Shown here: in pieces, positions 1 to 12,840 of the stretch
Layout: each line of letters opens with the position of its first letter
Numbering within the stretch: the stretch's first letter is position 1
Assembly: GCF_036321535.1 (NCBI RefSeq)
Contig: NC_087437.1
Coordinates: 18,726,001-18,790,000 of the forward strand
Direction of reading: 5' to 3'
Source of the DNA: Camelus dromedarius
Lineage: Eukaryota
Length of the DNA stretch: 64,000 nucleotides
Program-made: the position numbers and the translations under genes
The notes under the pieces: generated by a model
Database searches by the model: none
What the model saw: only the letters and a program-made list of their open reading frames with translations
What the model was told of the DNA's origin: nothing

Positions 1-868
1 ACTATCTATAAAACCTATAAAAGGTGTAAAAGATGGAAGTATAAAAATAGAAGAGGTTTCCTCTTTCCTTACATTTCATATTTCACTCCCCCCAAAATAG
101 CCACTATTGAAGAGTTTGTGTAATTTCATTTGGATATCACACAATTTTAAACATGTATGGTTTATTTTAAAAAGAAAAAGAAAAAAAAAAAGGAGCACAG
201 TACACCTAATTTTCTGGTAACTTCTGTTTCTTCAAATAGCTGTAAAGTATAACCCCTCATTTTGAAGCTAGAAAATGGATAAACCTGAAAATGCTCATTG
301 TCTGAGACTGTTGCAATAATGACATTTCATCAAATAAATCCTACAGATTCTCACACATGTACTATCCAAAAGGGACTGTACAAGCATGTTCACTGCAGCA
401 TTATTTACAATAGGGAAATCTGGAGAAAATTTAAACTGTTCCTCAGTACGGTAATGGAGTAGATAAGATATATCCCTATGACAGAACATTACACAGTAGT
501 GAAAGGAATAAACTACATTTATACCTCACAGGAGAGACTGACCTCAAGAACCTAATGTTGAATTAAAAAAGGAAAATTAAAACAATGCATATGGCAACAC
601 ATTTGGGTGATTTTTAAATGTACAATATTATCCAATATCTGTATTTTTATAAATATACAAATGTGGTTAAAAACAGAAAGATGTGGTATAGAAGGATATA
701 CACCAAATTCATGGTAACAGTTGCCTCTGGGAAGTGAAAGTGTTCAGGGCTGGGTAAGGAAACTACAAGGACTTTAACTGTAACTTACTTGCTTTAAAAT
801 AAAAACTTAAAAAAAAAAAGACAAATATTAATTTCTTAATTCTGGGTAGTGGACAGAAAAGAGTTTAA

Positions 869-1378
869 TATAGCAGCAAGCCTGACTGCTATCCTCTGAA
901 AAAGCATTCTTACAAGGTTAGCCCTTGACTGGCATCAGGGAGCATAGATTTAGGAAGGCTTCCCACCACCCTAACACGTAAGAATGGCTTACTGTGCCTA
1001 AACAGTTTTAGCAAACAATACAGTTTATGCTCAACATCCATCTCCTTCTGGGAGTCTAGAATTTTGGTATATGTTAGGCAAAGGGAGCTTATGTGACCAG
1101 CCCACCCCCCCCAAAAAAAACCCTGGTCACTAAGTCTCTAATGAGCGTCCCTGGTAGACATTTCAGGTGTGTTGTTACAACTTGTTGCTGAGGGAATTAA
1201 GTGTGTTTAATGTGACTCCAAATTTTCTTCCTGGTTTCTTCCAGATTGTGCCCAATAAATCTTTCTCCTCTGCCATGCCAATCAATTCTGCTCTGTACCT
1301 TTTTGCTGTAATAAATCTTGTCAAGAGCGACTACATGCTGAGCCATGGAAACTGAGGGTGACTTGGGGACCACCAGAT
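869..1378 (+). mobile_element. Solo ERV LTR, MER68/MER21-like
   Basis: Recognised motifs AGCCTGACTGCTATCCT, CCTTCTGGGAGTCTAGAATTTTGGTA, TTTGCTGTAATAAATC and CTTGGGGACC. Family name from memory. Confidence 0.65.
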
Positions 1379-1497
1379 CCAGTTTTTGTTTGTTTTTTGT
1401 TTTATAATACAGAGTAAACATGAGAGACTGAAGAGTGTGAGGGTGGAGGGAACAAATGCTTTGGACTGTGAAGCATTCCTAGCCTTTTCCTTTCTTA

Positions 1498-1806
<309 letters not shown>

Positions 1807-2764
1807 TTACAATTACTGAGGCTGCAAAAATCCATTCTTGTTAATATAGATTAATAAAGATTGTCGCTTTTGACATATTCTATAGATAAGCAAGTAAAAA
1901 AGCTATTATATACTTACATGGAAGTAGAATGACACACAGTATATGAATTCTACAATCATTAGCCATTTAATAATTATTTAAAGCAAAGAAAGGAGGGAAG
2001 GCAGGGAGAGAGAGAGAGGGAGGTGAGGATAAGAAGACAGAGAGGAGGAGAGAGAAATGATCAAGAAACATCTAAAGGTAAAATTCAAACTATAAATAAA
2101 AGCTGCAAGGCTCAGCTTAATAACAGGCAATTTACATATAAAAAGTTCATTAGTAACTCAATATAAAATTATCTTAAGGGAGTTTACTTTTAGTTCTTAA
2201 TATTTTTAAGAATGTCTATCACTTAACAAAACTTCATTGACCATAACAAGTTTAAACCTTTTAAATCATAATAAGTAACCCATAAGAAATAAACAGAATC
2301 TAGTTTATTTTCTATACACAAGCTAAATAAGCCAGTCTCCCACTTACACATGCCACCTAGCAATCATCTAGACATAGGATAAAAAACCCAAATCACCAAA
2401 AAGGACTCTTATCTGCCTTACATCAGGACACACTGAGACTCATCAAGGTCACTTCTGGCAAGAAAGAGTCTCTTCTTCCCATGGTTTTGATATATTTATA
2501 GCATGCATTCTATATTTATAGCATGCATTCTTATCAGGGATGGTAAGTGAGAAGAAAAGTGGTTATGGAGGCAAGGGGAAAAATTTTTTTGCTAATTATG
2601 ATTTGCAGCCCTCCAAAGCTCAATCCTGTCTGACAAAATCTTATTCCTTAATATTTGATTTACGTCATCAAGTTTTCTTGGGTATCACATAAGTAGCACT
2701 GACATCAAGTCCAAGGAAGATACACAAAATGTATGTATGATCAGAGCTATAAAAATATGGCAAG

Positions 2765-3023
2765 ACACAGAAAACAAACAACTTATATTTGCCAAAGGGG
2801 ATGGGGGGGTGAATTAGGAGTTTAGGATTAGCAGATACAAGCTACTATATATAAAATAAAAAAACAACAAAGTCCTACTGTGTAGCCCAGGAAACTATTA
2901 TTTAATAATTTATAATAACCTGTAATAAAAAGAATATGAAAAAAATATATATAACTGAATCAATATGCTGTACACAAGAAACTAACACAATACTGTAAAC
3001 CAACCATATATATATATATATAT

Positions 3024-3055
<32 letters not shown>
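2765..3055 (+). mobile_element. Short L1 3'-end insertion (artiodactyl-type 3'UTR) whose tail is a (TA)n microsatellite
   Basis: GACACAGAAAACAAAC...GATTAGCAGATACAAGCTACTATATATAAAATA...CACAATACTGTAAAC. TSD ATATGGCAAG at 2755-2764 and 3056-3065. Confidence 0.75.
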
Positions 3056-3063
<8 letters not shown>

Positions 3064-6063
3064 AGTAGATGGCAATGACTCAAGGACTCATATATATATA
3101 TATATATATATATGGCAAGTAGATGGCAATGACTCAAGGCTTTTCTCTCAAATGACCGCTCAATCTCAAAATCATGTTGAAAGAGGAGACCTGCAAGTAC
3201 CTGCTGACTGCCTTGTTGTTTGTTGTTCAAGCTTTTGTGAGACCTGAGCTTTGACAACTGTGTAAATACAATTTACATTTTATTACTTTAATTCTGTAAA
3301 TTATTGAACCTTTCATTAATTATGTCAAGTGCCAAAAAAAAGTCAGTAATATCTAAATGAATAATAGGTTAAAAGGTATTTTCTCACATGAAGCAAATTC
3401 AAAAGTTGAGTTCACTAAAGATAATTTTTTAATGAACTTAATTTTTTAATGTTTTACATTAGCAGAAAAATATCACCTTTGAATAATTTAAAAAATTTGA
3501 CTGCACTGTTATTATTAGTGTATTTACATAAACTGCTAACATTTTACATTTTACGTAATAAATCACATCAAAGTTATTCAACAAATACAGTGAAATGTTA
3601 GTTTTTGTATTTTAACATTTACCTTAAATTCTGGTTTAATTATTCTTAGACTTACACTGAATAAAAAGAATAAGCTTCATACTTGTTCTTTTAATGTGTG
3701 AAGTACATATGTGCATACAGTACATAAGCAGACATATACTCATCTGTGGTACTAAAATTCCATGGGGACGGGGCTGGTAGGGGGAAAATATCTAAGAAGG
3801 CTCCTAAGGAGTGTAATAATGAAGAAACTTTGAGAAATACTGTTTTAAAGATATAACACCTACTTCTCCACACTTTTATCACTGATGTGGCCCCCTGCCC
3901 ACTTTTCCCCAAGGCCCTAATGAATCAGGAGCCTTCATTAAGGATAAAGAGGACCTCTTCCTGAGGGTCTGAAACAATAGTTTAAAAAAACTCCTGCCAT
4001 CCCCAGTTAACATGTGGAATACACTGCTCCACAAAAACAGTACTGCAAAGGATAGATAATATCCTGTAATACTAGACGTTCAACTAGGTTGTGAATTACA
4101 AATAGCCCGACCATTGAAAAGTAATTACATTTGGTGAGCTTATTTACAATTATTAAATCAATAATATAAACAAATAATTAAATAAATTACCAAAACTCAC
4201 CACTTCAGTTTGGGAAAGTTACAGAAGCAAACAGGGAAGGGAAATCTGACTCAGTCATATAAAAAGTGAAGTGCTGACTAATTAATTACCTAATTAATCC
4301 AATGCACAGACTACTGAAACCCCTTCTGCAGTATGCCAACAGAGTATTTTCCTGTGGATTAATGGGAGATAACTGCTCTACAAAATTTTCACCCATGGCT
4401 TATGCCTGTAGAATCAGAATACAAATTTGCACCAGGCTCTGACTCTCCACTTCTTTTAAGTAGTCAACTTACTGAAAACACAGTTTACAGTCTCTTGTAC
4501 CAGGTCGCTGTAACTGGTAATGGGATGGTGTTGGGGGAGAGGCCAAAACACACCACTTTTTATTCCATTGACTGTTACTCCCTAGACTACTAAAAGGAGG
4601 GATTAGGGTTGTGAAATTCACGCTTTCCTATACTTGCTTACACACATTTAGGCATTTCTATATGCATATTAAGTGACACTACTGACTTCCTTCTACCAAA
4701 ATGGAGGAATTTAAGGTATATCTGAAAAAAACACCTTAGATTCACTCATGAAAATGAGACAAGTGTACAAAATTACTGAGTGTAAAATTTTCTGTCCCTG
4801 GGGTTCAAATAAAGAAATATTAAGCCTGAATTGGTTCATTCCATTTTCTGACAGTTGCCATAGGAAACCTCACTCTCAGATATATTTTAAGAGTACAGAA
4901 AGAAATTTTTTCTACTCTAATTCTATACAAAATAATAATATGATGCATTTCTTGGATAGGCACTTAGAACTGAATACTATTCATGAGACGTAGGCAAATA
5001 TGCCCACTAAAAATGCTTGTATTATATATTCAACCATTATGAGGATTCATAGAAAATTAATCTTGAATTTAAATAAATAAATGGTTAGAGGATAACTATG
5101 TCAGAACAATTAAAACCTATCTAAATGACAAAAGTATTTTCTTTTCAGAGTAAGTAATTTTTAAATGGTCTAACTGTGAAAACAGTTTTAAACAAGACAC
5201 ATAAGACAATTTTGTAAAATGATTCCAAAAAAATCTTTAGACACTAGAAATAAACTCAGAAGAAATCCTTTCTAAACTTAATTTGAAAAGTAAAACAATA
5301 AAATCAAAGATTTTAAAAATACACAATTAAAATAAATATGTATTTCTTGACTAAGTTTTTTAAAGTCATTATAGATTTAATACGACAAAAAAATTTTTTA
5401 AAAGATCAGGTGAATTTGAGTAAGTAAGGTGAATAAGTGTAATTATTTTAATATGCCAAATGTATTCATTCTGATTAAAAAGCCATTTCAAGGATCTTTC
5501 TCTAGACCACTGATAACCAAGTGAATTTAATAATGTCAGTGCTTTTTCAGTCTTGAAAATTAAATCAAGCAGCTAAAATTTAGTGACTTTTTTAGAGCAA
5601 AAAAATTTTTTCCCCTTTTTCTATTCTGCCTAAAGGCAAACATTCATCAACACTGCCCAACTTATATAAATGTTAAATTAATCTGAATGGTTTATGCTCT
5701 AAAATATTAACTTCTACAAATAGAAGTAATTTTCAAACAATACATATTCATTTTAGAACACTTACTGCAAAGGGTCTTTAGATTAAAATTCTGGAGTTCA
5801 TTGATGAAACTGTTAGAAGTAGCCCAGGACCCACCACATGCTGGTAGTAATTATAGATAATTACACCAAGATCAAAGTTTTAATTACCTTTACTAAAATA
5901 TATAGAAAACCTACCCAGAATCTGGGATTTTTAAATCTTAAAACTTTCTGGTCTACCATTAATAGTATATATAAGAGTTTAAAATTTCAAAATTTCTTCT
6001 GCAGAAAATTATCCAACCTATGGAAACATACCTATGGAGAAAAGGACAATTTTCATGAAATCA

Positions 6064-6303
<240 letters not shown>

Positions 6304-7063
6304 CTAAGGAAGTAAAATTACTCATTACAGAACTGAATTGTGTAAAACATCATGGGCAAATCTTGAACATACGGGTTATGGGTGTGAACCCCTAAAGCAG
6401 TCGAAAATCCCAGAATCCAAGGATTCAACCAACCATGATTCATGTAGTACTATCGTACAGGGTTACTGCAAACAATCCACTTGTGAGTGGACGTGTGCAG
6501 TTCAAACCCATGCTGTTCAAGGGTCAACTATACAATGAATTTAGACACAATTTATTAGCTTTAAAATGTAAGATATTAACAATCTAATTCTTTTAAAAAG
6601 ATTAATAAAGGTGGGTCCCCTTTTATTGCTGAATATCTGTAAGCCAAGAATGAAGGAAAAAACTATTCTCAGTGTTTTAAAAGGAAGAAAAAATAAATAC
6701 TGTTTTTTAAAAAATCCATGTGTAAACACTAGGTGGCAGAATTGTAATTTGGATTAAGAAGAAATCATTACGTGAACTGAGTTTCTCCTTTTTAAACTTT
6801 CAATTTCTATAAAGAAAAAACAAACAATAGCAAAGATGAACCAAACATATAAAGTTTTAAAAAAGTGTAAGAAGTGCCTACTTGGCTCAGAGACATTAAA
6901 CCATTTAGATTAAGCCCAGAATCTTAAGTAAAACTCAACAACGACAACAATACAGCTATCCTATTATCCTTCCCAATCCTTACAAGAATAAATTAAAATA
7001 AAAACAGTCCATACTATTTTCTGGATCCACACTCTGAATTATACTATTATTAAAAGAAAGAGT

Positions 7064-7186
7064 GGGGAGGGTATAGCTCAGTGGTACAGTCTGTGCATAG
7101 CATGCAATAGGTCCTGGGTTCAAGTCCCAGTATCTCCATTAAAAATAAATAAATGAATAAACCTAATTAACCCTCCCCCCACTAAA
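7064..7186 (+). mobile_element. tRNA-Ala-derived SINE (camelid Vic-1-like), copy 1
   Basis: GGGGAGGGTATAGCTCAGTGGT...GGTCCTGGGTTCAAGTCCCAGT head with A/B boxes and an A-rich tail. TSD AAAAGAAAGAG at 7052-7062 and 7187-7197. Confidence 0.88.
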
Positions 7187-7394
7187 AAAAGAAAGAGATA
7201 TATTTCCCCATACTTAAAGAACTATACTATTTAGGCAAAAATGTATTATTCCCCCACCCCCAAATCTCCAGAATTATCTGACAAGATTCTATATAAGGAT
7301 TTACATTATATTAGTATATTATTTTGTACTTGAAATTATTTTTATCTAGGATTTCATATAAACATTAAACAATTTTCTAAAGTAATGAAATTCA

Positions 7395-9170
7395 AAATAG
7401 TGTACACATATGTAAAAAAGAATTAGGATGACATGATTGTCTATGTAGAAAACCTGAGATCAACAAAAACACTGCTAGAACTAATAAGCAATTACAGCAA
7501 CTGGGATACAAGGTCAATGTATAAAAGCGTATCACTTTCTTATGTATCAGCAATAAACAAGTGGAATTTGAAATTAAAAACACAGTAACATTTACATTAG
7601 CATCCCCAAATAAGGAAACAGGTATAAAATTAACAAAATATGTACAAGATCTATATGAGGAAAACTCAGAACTCTGATGAAAATAATCAAAGAATTAAAT
7701 AAATGGAGATACATTCTATGTTCATGGATAGAAAGACTCAATATTGTCAAGACATCAGTTTTTCTCAGTATCAACAGATTCAATTCAAACCCAATCAAAA
7801 TCCTGGTAAGTTATTTTCTAGATATCAACAAACTGATTCAAAAGTTTATACGAAGGGCAAAAGACTCAGAATAGTCAACACAATACTGAAGAAGAAAGAA
7901 CAAGATTGAAGGACTGACACTACCCAACTTAGGTAAAAATAAACGTGAAACGCAAAACTATAAAACTTCCAGAAGAAAACACAGGTGAAGATCTAGATGA
8001 CCTGGGTTTGGAGATTACTTTTAACATGTAACACCAAATGCATGATCCATCAATGAAAGAAGTGATAAGCCAGCAACACCGGAAGAAAATGTTTGCAAAA
8101 GACATATCTGATAAAGGAAAATACACAAAGAACTCCTAAAACTCAACAAGAAAACAACCAACCAGACAAAAATATGGATCAAAGACCTAAATAGACACCT
8201 CATCAAATAAGACATACACATGCCAAATAAACATATGAAAAGATACTTAACATCATATGTCATCAAGGAAAAGCAAACTAAAACAAAAATAAAATAAGAC
8301 TACACACCTACTGGAATGGCCCAAATCCAGCACACTGACAACATCAAATTCTGCTGAGGATGTACAGCAACTCTTATTGCTGGTGGGAACGCAAAATACT
8401 ACTATCACATAGGAAGATAGTTTGGTGGTTTCTTAACAAAACTAAACATACTTTTACCATACAATCCAGTACTCACGCTCCTTGGTTATCTACCAAAAGG
8501 AGTTGAAAACTTACGCCCACACAAAAACCTGCAAACAGATATTTATGGAAGCTTTATTCAAAACTGCCGAACTTGGAAGTAAACAAGATGTTCTTCAGTA
8601 GGTGAATGGATAAACTGTAATATATACAGACGATGGAATATTATTTAGCACTAAAAGAAATGAGCTATCATGCCACAAAAAGCCATGGAAGAAACTTAAA
8701 TGTGTATTACTAAGTAAAAGAAGCCAATCTAAAAAGGCTACATGTGGTATGATTCCAACTATGACCTTCTGAAAAAAGGCAAAATTATGGAGACAACACA
8801 GTGATCAGTGGTTGCCCAAGGGCAGGAGCTAGGGTAAGGGAATGAACAGGCAGAGCACAGAAGATCTTCTGGACGATGAAAATACTTGATAGGATATTGT
8901 AACGATGGATACACAGCATTATACATTGGGTCCAAACCCACAGAATGCATAGCACCAAGAATGAAATCTAAGGTAAACTGGACTTTGAGTGATTATGGTG
9001 TGTTGATGTAGATTCATCCTTAGTAATAAATGTACCATTCTGGTGAGTGATGTTGATAATGAGGGAGGCTATACATGTGCAGGCGTAGGGATATATGGGA
9101 AATCTTTGTATGTTCCTCCCAATTTTGCTGTGAATCTAAAATTGCTCTTAACAAAATAAAGTCTTATTAA
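7395..9170 (+). mobile_element. Old L1 (L1M-type) ORF2 and 3'UTR fragments
   Basis: Degenerate ORF2 peptides in the ORF track (KELNKWRYILCSWIERLNIVK), many stops and frameshifts, typical 3'UTR. Approximate limits. Confidence 0.85.
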
Positions 9171-11862
9171 ACACACATACACACACACACTTACACACCA
9201 CTCTCTATGCATGATGATTACAGTGGTTTTATATTCAGAGCTTCAATCTAAAAAGGGTAAGCTCTATTTTACAAACCTGACCAAGTTTCTTTGAAAAATG
9301 ACAATCAGAATTTGAAAATGAAAGTCCTACACTTACATATAAAAGTGAGACCTGTTACTACAAACACCACACTATAAATTGTTCATGCCAGAGAAAGGCA
9401 GACTGCTGTTAAGTTAAATGTGCAAAAAGCTAGCAGACCTACTATAACTTCATAGATCAAAATTAGACCCTACAGACCTACCGTAAGTAAATATCCTGAA
9501 GACCTAGGAGTAAACTAACAGGGAAGAGCAGGGGGTTAGCTGTATAACTGTACTGTGATTGTTTACTGAGCTATGAAAAGCACAGCACTGAATAATGCCA
9601 AGGTAAAAACAAAAAACTATGAGAAATGTGGCTGGAAGCCCAAAAAACACAGAATCTTACATTCTTTTACAAAAGTCAAAAAAATCAGTAATGAAAAAGT
9701 ACACTGTAGTGTAACTGGTGAACTTATACACATGTTCAAAAGCTTAAATTAAAATAAGATAATGGTGGAAAACAATGAAAATTAACACCCATATTCTCTA
9801 CTTTGTTTCTGTGTTTAGATTTTTTCAAAATCATACACATGCTATGATATAATAGTGATTACTGACCAAAATAAAACAAAACATATACAACTCACTGTAA
9901 GCACATGAAAAAAGGCTAGGGCTTTTTCCCCTTCCCTATTGGGGATGGTGGAGTGGGGGCTGGAAAAATTATCAGCCATATTCAAAGGTGCTAGAAACTC
10001 AAAACAGTGTTAGCAGAGGACATGCCAAGGATAGAATTAACTATGTGTTGGCCAGACTGGGGCTTGACCAACACATAGCTGGGGATGAGACAGCCCATGC
10101 AGTCAGGGCTTGTTGGGACAGCAACTGGGAAGATGGTTTTATGACTGGGAGATTGATTACAAGCAGAAAATTGAGCAAATAAGCAAATATATTAAGGTTA
10201 ATAGGAATTCAGATTTCTCACTGTTAGAAAAAGTAATTTAAAATATACTAAGGCAAAAGATAGAAAAAAATATCCTGTGGTGGTGAATCTAAATTAGAGC
10301 CTCTGATTAAGAACGCATGGTTTTTAACAGAAAGATAAAGAAATATATCTTTGTGCTTGTATATGCCCAAATATTATACTGTCAACACATATATAATACA
10401 CTATTTAGTTTGTTTCATGAGAATGCCTAGATGCAATTGCATGCCAGGACCAATGAGCATTCCTAGTGCCCAGAACTTGGATTCTAAATATTTTTGATAA
10501 ATAAAAGGAAAACAGGACTCCCTGGAGAAATGACTGAATCCAAAACTGGGGTAGAGAAAAGACCAGAGGAATCTGGAACACTGTGTTGTACCAGAGAGAA
10601 GGAAATGCTCAAATAATGATAGAGAGATGTCAAAAAGACACAGGAGAACACCTAAATGGGTTGCCATTGGCCAAATCTGGGTCAAATCTGAACATCAAAT
10701 TTAATGACAGTGATGACTAATTATAAGACATTAAATAAAACAGAAATCACAAATCCACACTACTAGAAGTTTTTTAGAAGTAAATAAATGGGGGATAAGA
10801 AAAGCCTCTATAGTATAAGCCAACTAATAAATCCAAAAGGAAAATAAATCTGAAAATCAGCACTTGGCAAACCACTGTAGTAATACTGATTCAAGCAAGA
10901 TGTGCTAATAAATATTTTAAAAAGTGGGTGAAGAGTTTGATGAGAAACAGGGTGTTTACTTAGTCTCAAAATATGCCCACAAAATACTTACTTATTATTA
11001 ACTTTACTACAAAACCTAGTAGATACTACCCTAACCAACAATTAACATCAACATTAATGGGACAAACTGACACTGTTTGCCTTTGAGTAAAATGTAGTAA
11101 GAACATATTTCAATATATTCATGCTAAAAATGCACAGCTGGACTCTGATCATGATGAAACATTAGGCAAATCTAAACTGAGTGACATTTTACAAAGTAAC
11201 TGGCCTGTATTCTTAAAAAATGTCAGAGACTGAGGAACTACTTTAGAATGAAGGAAAATAAAAATACAAGACAACAACTTACAACAAGTCATCCTGGATT
11301 GGAACCTGGACTTATAAAGGACATCACTGAGACAACTGACTAAATCTGAATGGAGTATGTGTATTAGACAACAGAACTATATTAATATTATTTTCCTGAC
11401 TTTTATAAATTGATCTGGTTAAATATGAGAAAGTCTTTGCTTTTAGGAAATATACACTGAAGAATTAAAGGATAAAACAGCATGATGTATGCAACTTAAT
11501 CTCAAATGATTCAGAAAAGAATGTATACACACACAGGACAATAAGACGAATGTGGTAAAATGTCAGCAGTTAGGGAAACCAAATGAAACCTATACAGGAA
11601 TTCTTTGCACTCTTCTCCCAGGTTTTCAGTAAGTTTGAAATGTTTTTTAAAAAAGTTTGCTCTTTCCTTCCCTAAAATTGAAGGCTGTAAAGACTCTAAA
11701 TCATTCTACTAAAAAAACATTCTAGGTAAATCCCCAGAACCTCTGAACTAAAAGCCGAGTCATTATCTGCATTCTCAAAAGTCAGTCATTAAGATTTTGT
11801 GCCTGAGTTTCTGCTATAAGAAAAGAAGACAAACTTTATAACATAGATGTTTTAGATTAGAG

Positions 11863-12046
11863 CACGGTTTCTCAACCCTCTTACTATTCTGTTGTAGAAG
11901 GATGGTCCTGTGCAATGCAGATAGTTTAGCAGCCCCTGAACTCTATTCACTAATGTCAGGAGCAACATTCCCTGAGTTGTGACAACCAAGAAAATCTTTA
12001 GACAACGCCAAATGCCCCATGGAAGGCCTCAGGTTGAGAACCACTG
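11863..12046. mobile_element. MER20-like hAT-Charlie non-autonomous DNA transposon
   Basis: Terminal inverted repeats CACGGTTTCTCAACC ... GGTTGAGAACCACTG; internal GTTGTGACAACC and GCCAAATGCCCC. Confidence 0.7.
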
Positions 12047-12139
12047 GATGACCAGATCAAAAGCCGCCAATTATAATTCACCAAGATCACATTTCTTCTA
12101 TCCTATAGACCCACGATCCTTGGCAATCACCTAGTTTTA

Positions 12140-12840
12140 AAAAATGCCAACACCTATTAGGTTGAATGCTATCAAAAGAACAGAAGGTTGGGAAGGATCT
12201 GGAAAAACTGGAATCCTTTTTCAGTGGTGGGAATGTGAAATGGTACCGCCATTGTGGAAAACAATCACAGTTCTTCAAAAAATGAAAAACAGAATTACCA
12301 TATGATCCAGCAATATATACCCCAAAGAAATGAAAGCAGCATCTCAGAAAGATATTTGTACACCCACATTCACAGAAGCATTAGTCACAGCAGTTAAAAT
12401 GTGGAAGCAATCCAAAGATCCACTGATGAATGAATGGAGAAACATAGTGTGGCACACACACAATGGAATATTAATCAGCCTTAAAAAGAAGGAAAATTTG
12501 ACACATTCACATGGATGAACCTTAAAGACATTATGCTAAGTGAAATAAGTCAGTCACAAAAAGATAAAATACTGTGTGATTCCATTTATATGAGGTATCT
12601 AGAATGATCAATTTCAAAGAAACAGAAAGAACAATGGATGTCAAAGTCTGAGGGGAAAGGGAAATGTTGAGTTATTTTATGGATATAGAGTTTCAGTTTT
12701 GCAAGATGAGAAAGTTCTGGAGATTGGTTGCACAACAAAGTTTTGAATATATTGTGAATATACTTAGCACTTGTGAACTATACATGAAAATGATTAAGAT
12801 GGTAAATTTGGGGTGTATTTTATGACAATTAACAACAAAT
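12140..12840 (+). mobile_element. Old L1 3' fragment
   Basis: CTPTFTEAL...WKQSK ORF2 remnant; GACATTATGCTAAGTGAAATAAG 3'UTR motif. Confidence 0.8.
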
